Source of the DNA: Minisyncoccota bacterium
GTDB taxonomy: Bacteria > Patescibacteriota > Minisyncoccia > Phycocordibacterales > UBA918
DNA length: 64,000 bases
Direction of reading: 5' to 3'
Assembly (NCBI GenBank): GCA_041389025.1
Contig: JAWKSP010000001.1
Coordinates: 2-64,001, forward strand
Part shown: positions 49,756 through 57,900 of the stretch, piece after piece
Layout: each line of letters opens with the position of its first letter
Numbering within the stretch: the stretch's first letter is position 1
Position numbers and translations under genes: made by a program
The notes under the pieces: generated by a model
Seen by the model: only the letters and a program-made list of their open reading frames with translations
The model's database searches: none
What the model was told of the DNA's origin: nothing

Positions 49756-51075
49756 CTAATTACCTACCAACCCTTCTGCCACCTCGCTTGTCATATCACC
49801 TGCTCCCATAGTCACCACTACTCCGTTAGTTGGAGTGTTTTTTAGCACTTCCTCTATTGCCTCTTCTGGGCTGGATACAGCAGTCGCCTGACCCCCAGCC
49901 TTCTCAATAGCTTGTGACAATTTTTCACTGGAAACATCTGAGGTATTTTCTTCACGAGCAGCGTAAATAGGCAACAATATTACACAATCAGCCTTACTCA
50001 AAGCTTCCACAAAATCATCAAATAACTCACTGGTCCTAGAATATGTATGCGACTGAAAAACTACCGTTGTTTTATGTTTATTGTACAACTCTCTCGTACC
50101 GTTTATCGTCGCTAATATTTCAGTAGGATGATGTCCATAATCGTCATAAACTGGAACTCTTCCACCTTTCTCTCCCATAAAAGTACCTTTATACTCAAAT
50201 CGACGCCATGTACCAGAAAAATTTTCTAACGCTTGTTTTATAACTTCTTTATCCACACCAACAAATGTGGCGGCGGCGGACGCCGCCGCCGCATTTGTCT
50301 GATTATGAACTCCAGGTTGATGGAGCTTCAAGGACAAATCAATTTTATCTTTATAATCAATCACCTTAGCTGATATTTCTTTAAGTACTGGTAAAACCTT
50401 AGCGTCACTAGTATCAGCTATTACCACACCAGTCTCAGGTACCTTCAAAGCTAATTCACGAAAAGCCGACTGCACATCCGCCAAATCTTTATAATAATCA
50501 ACATGTTCAAATTCAACATTAGTAATCACCAGCACATCTGGTTGTAAAGACAAAAAATCTCGCTTATATTCACAGGCTTCCACCACCGCATACTTACTTT
50601 TTCCTGCTCGAAAATTACTACCGGTCTTCGCTCGTAAAGATCCGATAATAGCCGTTGGATCAAGTTCAGCTTGTTCTAAAATATCAGTAAGCATAGCGGT
50701 GGTGGTAGTCTTACCATGGGTACCTGCCACAGCAATAAGGTAATATTCATTAGCCACTGCTCCTAAAGCTTCAAAGTAACTAACTGACTCAATACCCAAC
50801 TCACGCGCTTTTAAAAGTTCAACGTACCCTTCACTTTTTTCATTAACCGCCATCGTATATACTACCAAATCAATATCTTTAGTAATATTTTCTGCTTGTT
50901 GCGGTGAAAGAACCTCTACTCCTTCATTAGCCAAAGCTTCCGTAATTTTAGATAACTCTCGATCAGAACCACTAACCTCCTTACCTTCGTGTAAGAAAAA
51001 ACGTGCTAGAGCCGACATCCCAATGCCTCCGACACCAATAAAATGTATTTTTTTAATTTCTTTCATATTAAACAT
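49756..51075 (-). CDS. murC: UDP-N-acetylmuramate--L-alanine ligase MurC
   Basis: KKIHFIGVGGIGMSALARFFLHEGKEVSGSD, GTHGKTTTTAM. Confidence 0.9.
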   Translation of the reverse strand: MFNMKEIKKIHFIGVGGIGMSALARFFLHEGKEVSGSDRELSKITEALANEGVEVLSPQQAENITKDIDLVVYTMAVNEKSEGYVELLKARELGIESVSYFEALGAVANEYYLIAVAGTHGKTTTTAMLTDILEQAELDPTAIIGSLRAKTGSNFRAGKSKYAVVEACEYKRDFLSLQPDVLVITNVEFEHVDYYKDLADVQSAFRELALKVPETGVVIADTSDAKVLPVLKEISAKVIDYKDKIDLSLKLHQPGVHNQTNAAAASAAATFVGVDKEVIKQALENFSGTWRRFEYKGTFMGEKGGRVPVYDDYGHHPTEILATINGTRELYNKHKTTVVFQSHTYSRTSELFDDFVEALSKADCVILLPIYAAREENTSDVSSEKLSQAIEKAGGQATAVSSPEEAIEEVLKNTPTNGVVVTMGAGDMTSEVAEGLVGN

Positions 51076-52834
51076 AATTTTCTATAAAAAATTTCAAATC
51101 CTTTTTAGTAAGAGAGGTTAAATCAAGATCAAAAACTTTGTCTAATGGTATCCAGTCAAAATCCGCTCCTTCTCTTAATTTCATTTCACTTTTTTGCATT
51201 ATGGATTTTATATAAAAGACGTTTCTATAAGTTTTCTTTTCTTCATTCAAATAATCACACAAAGGTATTACTTCAGTCTCATCTAACATTACTGTCAACT
51301 CTTCTTTTATTTCACGCAGAAAAGTTTCTAATGGACTTTCATTAAATTCACTTAGACCACCAAAAAAAGCCCACTTGTTTGGATTTATTTCTGTATCACC
51401 GTCTCTCTTGTGAAGTAAGACAGATTTAGTTTCTTCGTTATATAAAAAACCTCCAGACCAGAAATTGTCTTCTTTTTTATATTCTTCTAACAAGTCCAAA
51501 AACTCATCGTTCCTTTCGTACTCATTTTTATATTGAGCAAAAGAAGAGAAAGCTGGAGAAAATAATATAATATCACCATTTTTAGCAACCTCTCTAGCTT
51601 TTACAAAAGCTTGTTTTAAACCTTCTGTAACTACTATATTTACATTGCCATTCATCTCGTCAACCAATTTATCGGTACCATTACCCGGAGTTAGAAAAAC
51701 CTGTTTACAATGTTCCTTTATCGCCTCAGTCAATGAAATTAAGTCGATATTTTTATCTGCCCCACCTGCTATCAAAATTATATTTTTGTTACCAATATCC
51801 AAAGCTTCCAAAGCTACTTTAGTAGCTTGTGGTGTAGTAGCGTTGTTGTCATTATATATCCGAACATTATCTATGGTCTTTACTAGTTGTAGTCTACCCT
51901 CTACTCCCGAAAAACTAGTTAGTCCTTCAAAAATTTCTTCATCACTTAAAGACAAAGACTTTAGAGCTTCATAAGCCAGAGCTGCATTAAGGCGATTATG
52001 CTCACCTGGCATAGCCAACAAGCAATCCTCGGGAATCACCGAAGAGTCGGTTAATCTTATTTCTTGTTTTAAATGTAAATCAGGAAAAATTTTTTTTATC
52101 CACTCAAACACTTCCGGGGTTGTAATCAGAGTTCCGCTTTCATCTTGATGTAAAAATATTTGCGCCTTATCTTTAAAATATAATTCCATCGCTTCTTCTT
52201 TTGTCTTGCCCCCAACGCCATAATAATTTAAATGGTCCTCCATAAAGTTAGTAAAAACTGCTACTTGTGGCGAAAGCCCCGACCAACCAAAACCTTGCAA
52301 TTGCCAAGAATCTAACTCCATCACACAAAGCGAATCTTCCTTAACTTCATTAAGTAACTTTAAATTTGATACTCCTCGTACATTACCACCAAGGAGTATT
52401 TTTTCACCGGTAACAACCGAGAGTACGTGATGAACCATGCCTGTCACGGTACTTTTACCGCGAGTGCCGGTCACACCTATAATGGGGATTTTTGAAAGTT
52501 CGGCAAATAAAGAGGCGGATTGTTTTAGAGGCACGCCAGCTTCGCTGGCGTGCCTTAAATACTCAGAATCCTGAGGAACACCAGCTGACACCAAAACTAA
52601 ATCAACATTTTCAAAATCTTCTTTCTCATGCTTTCCCAAGACAAACTTAATATTCGGTAAATCTTTTAGTTTTGAAACAGAAACTGCCAATTCTTTTTCA
52701 GACTTTAAATCGGTCACAATTACCTCCTTTGCTCCCGATTCAGCAATAAAAAGAGCGTCTCCAACACCACGCCCCAAGAGACCCAATCCCATCACAGTCA
52801 CTTTTTTTCCTTTAAAATAATCTTGAAAATTCAT
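51068..52834 (-). CDS. murD: UDP-N-acetylmuramoylalanine--D-glutamate ligase MurD fused to a C-terminal NUDIX hydrolase domain
   Basis: N-terminus KVTVMGLGLLGRGVGDALFIAESGA and GTRGKSTVTGM (Mur ligase). Residues ~450-588 carry a Nudix box GGLSEFNESPLETFLREIKEELTV. 8-nt overlap with murC. Confidence 0.85.
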   Translation of the reverse strand: MNFQDYFKGKKVTVMGLGLLGRGVGDALFIAESGAKEVIVTDLKSEKELAVSVSKLKDLPNIKFVLGKHEKEDFENVDLVLVSAGVPQDSEYLRHASEAGVPLKQSASLFAELSKIPIIGVTGTRGKSTVTGMVHHVLSVVTGEKILLGGNVRGVSNLKLLNEVKEDSLCVMELDSWQLQGFGWSGLSPQVAVFTNFMEDHLNYYGVGGKTKEEAMELYFKDKAQIFLHQDESGTLITTPEVFEWIKKIFPDLHLKQEIRLTDSSVIPEDCLLAMPGEHNRLNAALAYEALKSLSLSDEEIFEGLTSFSGVEGRLQLVKTIDNVRIYNDNNATTPQATKVALEALDIGNKNIILIAGGADKNIDLISLTEAIKEHCKQVFLTPGNGTDKLVDEMNGNVNIVVTEGLKQAFVKAREVAKNGDIILFSPAFSSFAQYKNEYERNDEFLDLLEEYKKEDNFWSGGFLYNEETKSVLLHKRDGDTEINPNKWAFFGGLSEFNESPLETFLREIKEELTVMLDETEVIPLCDYLNEEKKTYRNVFYIKSIMQKSEMKLREGADFDWIPLDKVFDLDLTSLTKKDLKFFIENYV

Positions 52835-52900
52835 ACTGTTATCATACGCAAATTTTACTACTTTACCACCCCCTAAACATGTTACACTCTAAATAAGGTC

Positions 52901-53485
52901 ATGTTTAGGATAACCAAAAAAATTATACATTTTATTTTCATACTGTTAGCGATCAGTGGTTTCCTTTTGATGTCATTTTATCTAACTCAGTTTGTTATAA
53001 ATAATAGTGAAACCCAAATATTTGTACAAGATTATGGATATGTTGGGATCTTTATCTTAAGCTTTATCGCTGGTTTAAATTTATTTATACCAGTCCCAGC
53101 TGCTACTTTCACCTCTGTTTTTACCGCCGGCGGTATCTCCTTACCAATAATTATAACTATTCTTGTTATCGGGACTATGTGCGCTAATTTTGTTGCTTAT
53201 GGACTAGGTCGACTAGGTCACCGTTTCACTGAAAGTCATTATCCTAAACTTGAAGAAAAGATAAATAAATTATATTTAGAAAAAAGAAAGTGGCTTCCTT
53301 ATTTTGTTTTTTCTTTTGCCGCTTTTGTACCCTTCCCCGATGAAATATACATAATTCCACTTGGACTAATGGGGGTAAAAATAAAAGAATTTATTATTCC
53401 CTTAACCTTAGGCACCATCACTTTCCAGACCCTAACTGCTTTAGGTTTTCAAAACATATTCCAAACTTTAATCAGTATGAATTAA
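52901..53485 (+). CDS. Hypothetical 5-6 TM membrane protein
   Basis: 194 aa, hydrophobic. Confidence 0.4.
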   Translation: MFRITKKIIHFIFILLAISGFLLMSFYLTQFVINNSETQIFVQDYGYVGIFILSFIAGLNLFIPVPAATFTSVFTAGGISLPIIITILVIGTMCANFVAYGLGRLGHRFTESHYPKLEEKINKLYLEKRKWLPYFVFSFAAFVPFPDEIYIIPLGLMGVKIKEFIIPLTLGTITFQTLTALGFQNIFQTLISMN

Positions 53486-53535
53486 ATGGTGGAAAACAGT
53501 CACTATAAGAAAAGTACTTGTTATAATTTAGTTGT

Positions 53536-53724
53536 ATGCAACCAAAGAAACTTGAGGAATATCGTTTTTTTCAACCAATTGCTTGGATAATTTGTTTATC
53601 TTTTGCTGGCTTTGTAGGCTTGCTATCATTACAACTACAGACAGTTGTAGACGACCTACAAGCCTCAAATCTGAACATAGAGGAACGCCTCGATAAACTG
53701 GAAAAAGAAATTTATTCAAATTAA
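53536..53724 (+). CDS. Possible small single-TM protein
   Basis: 62 aa with one TM (IAWIICLSFAGFVGLLSL), followed by a strong terminator. The overlapping minus-strand 63-aa ORF is less plausible. Confidence 0.3.
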   Translation: MQPKKLEEYRFFQPIAWIICLSFAGFVGLLSLQLQTVVDDLQASNLNIEERLDKLEKEIYSN

Positions 53725-53732
53725 TTCATTGA

Positions 53733-53770
53733 AAAACACACCGGTCACTTTAGTGACCGGTGTGTTTTTC
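53733..53770 (+). terminator. Rho-independent terminator
   Basis: aaaaacacaccggtcac-ttta-gtgaccggtgtgttttt. Confidence 0.7.
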
Positions 53771-53800
53771 AATTTGTTCGGTCAAAATTTAGTTAAATAC

Positions 53801-53820
53801 TTTGTCCGCGCTCTAGGATT
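53801..53820 (-). repeat. 20-nt direct repeat of the tRNA-Ile 3' end (att-like partial duplicate)
   Basis: tttgtccgcgctctaggatt matches ttagtccgcgctctaggatt at 54170-54189 (19/20). Confidence 0.6.
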
Positions 53821-53896
53821 AAATGAAGAAAGGAGTATAACGACTATTCTGAATTTATGTCCCAATTTTGTCCTTTCCTAGACAAAATTGCTGGAC
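53821..53896 (+). repeat. Structured repeat family, copy B (type 1)
   Basis: aaatgaagaaaggagtataacgactattctgaatttatgtcCCAATTTTGtcctttcctagaCAAAATTGctgga. Confidence 0.65.
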
Positions 53897-53952
53897 GAAC
53901 AGACTCTAAAATTACATAAAACTTTTGAGATATTTTGTCGTTTGCGTAATTT

Positions 53953-54030
53953 TAAATGAGCAAATGATCAAAGACCATATTGCGAATTTAGTTCCGAATT
54001 CTCCCCTTCCTAGGGCGAATTCTTGGAACA
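53953..54030 (+). repeat. Structured repeat family, copy C (type 2)
   Basis: taaatgagcaaatgatcaaagaccatattgcgaatttagttccGAATTCtccccttcctagggcGAATTCttgg. Confidence 0.6.
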
Positions 54031-54173
54031 GGTTAAGTTCTCACACGGTTTTCAAATAATCCAGCCAACCCTCAAGTATCGTAAACATCGACTTGTTCCT
54101 CCCTATGGTCGGAAACGGAAAAAATGCTACACGCATTTTTTAGCTCGCGCGGACGCAAAAGTCCTCCCCTTAG

Positions 54174-54247
54174 TCCGCGCTCTAGGATTCGAACCTAGGA
54201 CCTTTCGAGTATCAGTCGAATGCTCTAGCCAACTGAGCTAAGCGCGG
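54174..54247 (-). tRNA. tRNA-Ile (anticodon GAU). CCA not encoded.
   Basis: Manual fold: acceptor CCGCGCU/AGCGCGG, D-arm GCUC-AGUUGGCUA-GAGC, anticodon arm UUCGA-CUGAUAC-UCGAA, variable loop AGGUC, T-arm CUAGG-UUCGAAU-CCUAG, discriminator A. Confidence 0.85.
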
Positions 54248-54391
54248 ACTAAGGGGAGGACAAACTAAAACCTCTCTTTAAGTGACCGCTACTATAGCAG
54301 AAAACAAAGAAAAATGTAAGAGTCTCGCATATAAAAATCAAAGGCCTAAAGCATTATAGCAATAGGCCCTTTTGCAAGATAGAAAGATAAA

Positions 54392-54598
54392 TCAATATTT
54401 TCTACCCACCTTGCAATAGTCAACATAATTTTTTTTATTTTTGCCGAGTAATAACAAAACACCCGGCAAGATTAAAAACAAACCTGACAGCTTTATCAAC
54501 AAAAGCTCTAAGTTTGTTAGTTTGTTTGCTGGATCGTCTCCTAATAAAATGAGACAACCCAAAATAAAAAGTACCCCAACTGCGATTTTCATTTTCAT
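54392..54598 (-). CDS. Possible small 2-TM membrane protein
   Basis: 68 aa, hydrophobic. Confidence 0.3.
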   Translation of the reverse strand: MKMKIAVGVLFILGCLILLGDDPANKLTNLELLLIKLSGLFLILPGVLLLLGKNKKNYVDYCKVGRKY

Positions 54599-54705
54599 AT
54601 CAATCTCCAGTATTTAAAGGTGTATACATTAAATCATATTTAATATGTATTGTCAAATGTAAATAGCCTTATTTTGCACGCACTTCATGGGGTATAATTA
54701 TACTA

Positions 54706-55071
54706 ATGAAACAATACAAAATACTGCTAGCTCTGCTTGCTTTGCCACAATTAGCCTTTGCTCAAGCCTCCCTGCAAACTTTCATCCCAAACCTAGTTAA
54801 ATTTGTCAGTAATGTTTTAATTCCTTTCCTTTTTGCGATTGCCTTTTTTATTTTTGTTTTTGCTGCTTTTAAATACTTTGTTTTAGAAAGTGCCAATGAA
54901 GAAGGTCGCGAGAAAGCCAAAAACCTTGCCCTTTACACCATACTAGCCTTCCTTTTCTTAATAATATTTTGGGGATTAATAAATGTTATCGCTAATTCTG
55001 TTGGTCTACAAGGAACCGACCAGCCCTGTCCTGATTATATAATGACAATAGATCCAACCAAATGCCCATAA
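54706..55071 (+). CDS. Small secreted/membrane protein with signal peptide plus two TM helices (VirB2/TrbC-pilin-like topology, speculative)
   Basis: MKQYKILLALLALPQLAFAQA signal sequence, two hydrophobic helices, C-terminal CPDY...CP. Confidence 0.4.
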   Translation: MKQYKILLALLALPQLAFAQASLQTFIPNLVKFVSNVLIPFLFAIAFFIFVFAAFKYFVLESANEEGREKAKNLALYTILAFLFLIIFWGLINVIANSVGLQGTDQPCPDYIMTIDPTKCP

Positions 55072-55101
55072 AAAATATCCCAGTCATATTGACTGGGACT
55101 A

Positions 55102-55647
55102 TCATGTAGGTAAGTCTAGCTCTTCGCTCAACTCTTTGTATACCACTTGATTATTTTTATCTCTTTTACCTAAATAAACGTCCCATACCAACTTCTCTTC
55201 TTTAAGTATTCGAGGAAGAAAAATTCTATCCACCGGTAATAAGTTTAAATTCAAAATATCATCCGGCGCAAAAAAATGTGGTGTTCGCATTTCTTTTTTG
55301 CCTTGAGGTATTCCCTTGTACTTGATAAGAGTGAAGAAATAGACAGTCATGTCAGCTTGGCTATCCTCACTATCAGGCCAAAAGAAATTTATTTTTGCTA
55401 CCAGACACAAATCCTCTTCATACGCCCTAACCCCCGACTCCTCGAATAGTTCTCTTATAGCAGTTTGCAACAAACTTTCATTTGGTAACTTTTTACCACC
55501 ATAACCGTTCCAGACATTTGCGCTGTTTTTAAGCTGGATTCCTTGCTTGTGGATATTACTTACCTTCTGCGCCAAACAAACTCTTCCTCTTTCATCCAAT
55601 AAATAAACTACCGTGGCCAATTCTGTCTTAGCATTCATTGTATTCAT
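55102..55647 (-). CDS. NUDIX hydrolase
   Basis: Nudix box GGKKLPNESLLQTAIRELFEESGV. Confidence 0.7.
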   Translation of the reverse strand: MNTMNAKTELATVVYLLDERGRVCLAQKVSNIHKQGIQLKNSANVWNGYGGKKLPNESLLQTAIRELFEESGVRAYEEDLCLVAKINFFWPDSEDSQADMTVYFFTLIKYKGIPQGKKEMRTPHFFAPDDILNLNLLPVDRIFLPRILKEEKLVWDVYLGKRDKNNQVVYKELSEELDLPT

Positions 55648-55704
55648 AGCAAAATCCTCCTTCAGACTCTTCTTTGCTTAGTATACTTTTATACGACAAT
55701 AAAG

Positions 55705-55740
55705 AAAAGGCACCCTGCTTCGCGTGGTGCCTTTTCTTTT
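55705..55740 (-). terminator. Terminator hairpin just downstream of the 16S rRNA 3' end
   Basis: aaaaggcacc-ctgcttcgcgt-ggtgcctttt. On the minus strand it is followed by ttttctttatt. Confidence 0.55.
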
Positions 55741-57199
55741 AGACAAAACTCTCTTTTGTCTTATCCTTAAAGGTCCGGTCTTTCCCTGGGGTCTGATACC
55801 ATTTCAGAGAATTGAGTATCATCTCTCGTTGCGTGCTCAATTGATACACACAACATCGACCAATTAGCTGTCATTGCAGTTCTGTTACCAGAGTGCGACA
55901 ACGTGTCCAATTGGAATTAATCCACGACCAGCTTCCGCTAGCCGTGCCTTGTTACGACTTAGTCCTTGTTATCGAGTTTACCGTCGGCCCACGCTAGGTG
56001 GGACTTCGGGCACTCCCGACTCCCCTGACTTGACGGGCGGTGAGTACAAGGCTCGGGAACGTATTCACCGCGGCGTTGCTGATCCGCGATTACTAGCGAT
56101 TCCGGCTTCATGAGGGCGAGTTGCAGCCCTCAATCCGAACTGAGGATGGTTTTATTAGGATTTGCTCCACATTACTGTATTGCGTCCCGTTGTACTACCC
56201 ATTGTATCACGTGTGCAGCCCAAGGCATCAAGGGACATGCTGACCTGGCGTCATCCTCACCTTCCTCTCCCGTGAGGGAGCAGTCTCGTCTGACACTTAT
56301 AACAGACAACGAGGGTTGCGTTCGTTTCCCCACTTAAGGGAACAGCTCAAGCCACGAACTGACGACGGCCATGCATCACCTGCCATACACCCTCGAAGGC
56401 TTCTTCGGTTTCCCGAAGCGTGCAGTATGGTTTCTAGCCTTGGTAAGGTTCTTCGCTTAGCTACGAATTAAGCCACATGATCCACCGCTTGTGCGAGCCC
56501 CCGTCTATTCCTTTGAGTTTTAAGCTTGCGCTCGTACTACCCAGGCGGTCTGTTTAACGCGTTAGCTTCGCCACTAAGAGGGTCGATACTCCTAATAGCC
56601 AACAGACAGCGTTTAGGGCGTGGACTACTCGGGTATCTAATCCGATTCGCTACCCACGCTTTCGTGCCTCAGCGTCAAGAATGTGCCAGTAAGCTGCCTT
56701 CGCATTTGGTATTCCCCATGATATCAACGGATTTCACCCCTACACCATGAGTTCTGCTTACCTCTCACACCTTCTAGTTATACCGTTTCGAATGCGGCTG
56801 TAAGGTTGAGCCCTACAATTTAACATCCGACTAATATAACCGCCTACGCACCCTTTACGCCCAGTAAATCCGGATAATGCTCGGGGCCTCTGTATTACCG
56901 CTCCTGCTGGCACAGAGTTGGGAGCCCCTTATTCATGAGGTAACGTCAATAAACTTCCTCCCTCATAAAAGGTGTTTACGTCCCGAAGGACTTCATCCAC
57001 CACGCGGCGTCGCTCCGTCAGGCTTTCGCCCATTGCGGAAGATTCTCGACTGCAGCCTCCCGTAGGAGTATGGACCGTGTCGCAGTTCCATCGGTGGGGG
57101 TCAGGCTCTCACCTCCCCTAGCCGTCGTAGCCTTGGTAAGCCGTTACCTTACCAACAAGCTGATAGCCCGCAGGCCGTTCCAAGAGCGATAAATCTTTA

Positions 57200-57513
57200 C
57201 CCAGCCCTACTTTTTATCTTCAAGCCAACTGGTCTCAATTCTTTTTTTGAGACCTTGTATCGCACTACCATGTTGCTTAAGTTTGTTTTCACGAACTCGT
57301 GCATCACGTTCATTACGATAAGCTTCTGCGTATATCAAAATCCATTTACCTCGCTCTCTCCTAGTAGCTTTATTACTATTAGAATTATGAGAATTTAAAC
57401 GATTTCCTAAATTCTTAGTGAAACCAATATAAATCTCTTTTGTAAGTGAGTGTTGAATCAGATAAACAATAAACATTACCTTGATTGTATCAAAGATAAA
57501 AAGTAGAGCTGGG
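57200..57513 (-). other. Intervening sequence / intron-like insertion in the 16S helix-10 (V2) region, closed by a 21-bp perfect helix
   Basis: Stem strands CCCAGCTCTACTTTTTATCTT (57493-57513, rRNA sense) and AAGATAAAAAGTAGGGCTGGG (57200-57220) pair over 21 bp. They enclose 272 nt that carry an ORF. Confidence 0.7.
57207..57476 (-). CDS. GIY-YIG nuclease-domain protein (homing-endonuclease-like) encoded inside the 16S insertion
   Basis: MFIVYLIQHSLTKEIYIGFTKNLGNRLNSHN fits GIY-x10-YIG...R...H...N. AAGG lies 3 nt upstream of the ATG. Start is taken at M16 of the track ORF 57207..57521. Confidence 0.65.
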   Translation of the reverse strand: MFIVYLIQHSLTKEIYIGFTKNLGNRLNSHNSNSNKATRRERGKWILIYAEAYRNERDARVRENKLKQHGSAIQGLKKRIETSWLEDKK

Positions 57514-57789
57514 ACCATCAAGTATTATTCCGACTTTCGCCGGGTTATCCCTGACTCTTGGGTACGTACCTACGTGTTCCTACCTCGTCTGCCATGAATC
57601 TAAATTCATTCGACTTGCATGCCTCATCCACGCCGCCAGCATTCATCCTGAGCTAGGATCAAACTCTAATTGAAGACAGGTACTGAAAGAAAAAATCTTT
57701 CTGTGTATCTGCGTCTTCTGAGCAATGCGCTTGTACTATTGCGCGCTCGAAGAAGACGATTTACCTAAAGGATAAGACAAAAGAAAGCT

Positions 57790-57865
57790 AAATGAAACAA
57801 GGAGTGAAACTCCTATGTTGAATTTACGTCTCAATTTTTCCTTTCCTAGAAAAAATTGCTAGACG
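57790..57865 (+). repeat. Structured repeat family, copy D (type 1), in the 16S leader
   Basis: aaatgaaacaaggagtgaaactcctatgttgaatttacgtctCAATTTTTcctttcctagAAAAATTGctaga. Confidence 0.65.
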
Positions 57866-57900
57866 CAAACACATTTAGAAATTTTTGTCTTAAAAATTGT

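Larger units (their letters stand above)
55905..57676 (-). rRNA. rrs: 16S rRNA gene, unlinked to 23S, interrupted by a ~270-nt insertion at helix 10
   Basis: Reverse complement contains AGAGTTTGATCCTAGCTCAG (5' end), ACTCCTACGGGAGGCTGCAG, GTGCCAGCAGGAGCGGTAA, AAGTCGTAACAAGG (3' region). Mature length minus the insertion is ~1.5 kb. Confidence 0.9.

Noticed and set aside
53528-53719. 63-aa minus-strand ORF overlapping the 62-aa plus-strand ORF 53536..53724.
   Set aside because: Only one can be real. The plus-strand one has a TM helix and a strong downstream terminator and is kept at low confidence.
54119-54156. Fragment gctcgcgcggac resembling the tRNA-Ile 5' end, plus a small aaaatgc-tacac-gcatttt hairpin.
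   Set aside because: Too short (12 nt) to establish as a true tRNA-derived duplicate. Mentioned only as context for the att-like repeat finding.
54023-54241. 72-aa plus-strand ORF overlapping tRNA-Ile.
   Set aside because: It overlaps the tRNA gene and repeat copy C. No coding signal.
55874-57065. Plus-strand ORFs 55874..56113, 56110..56337, 56526..56750 and 56877..57065.
   Set aside because: They lie antisense inside the 16S rRNA gene.
57200-57513. Calling the 16S insertion a group I or group II intron.
   Set aside because: I cannot identify P/Q/R/S or domain V/VI signatures by eye. The 21-bp closing helix fits an RNase III-processed IVS equally well. Left as an intron-like insertion pending covariance-model search.
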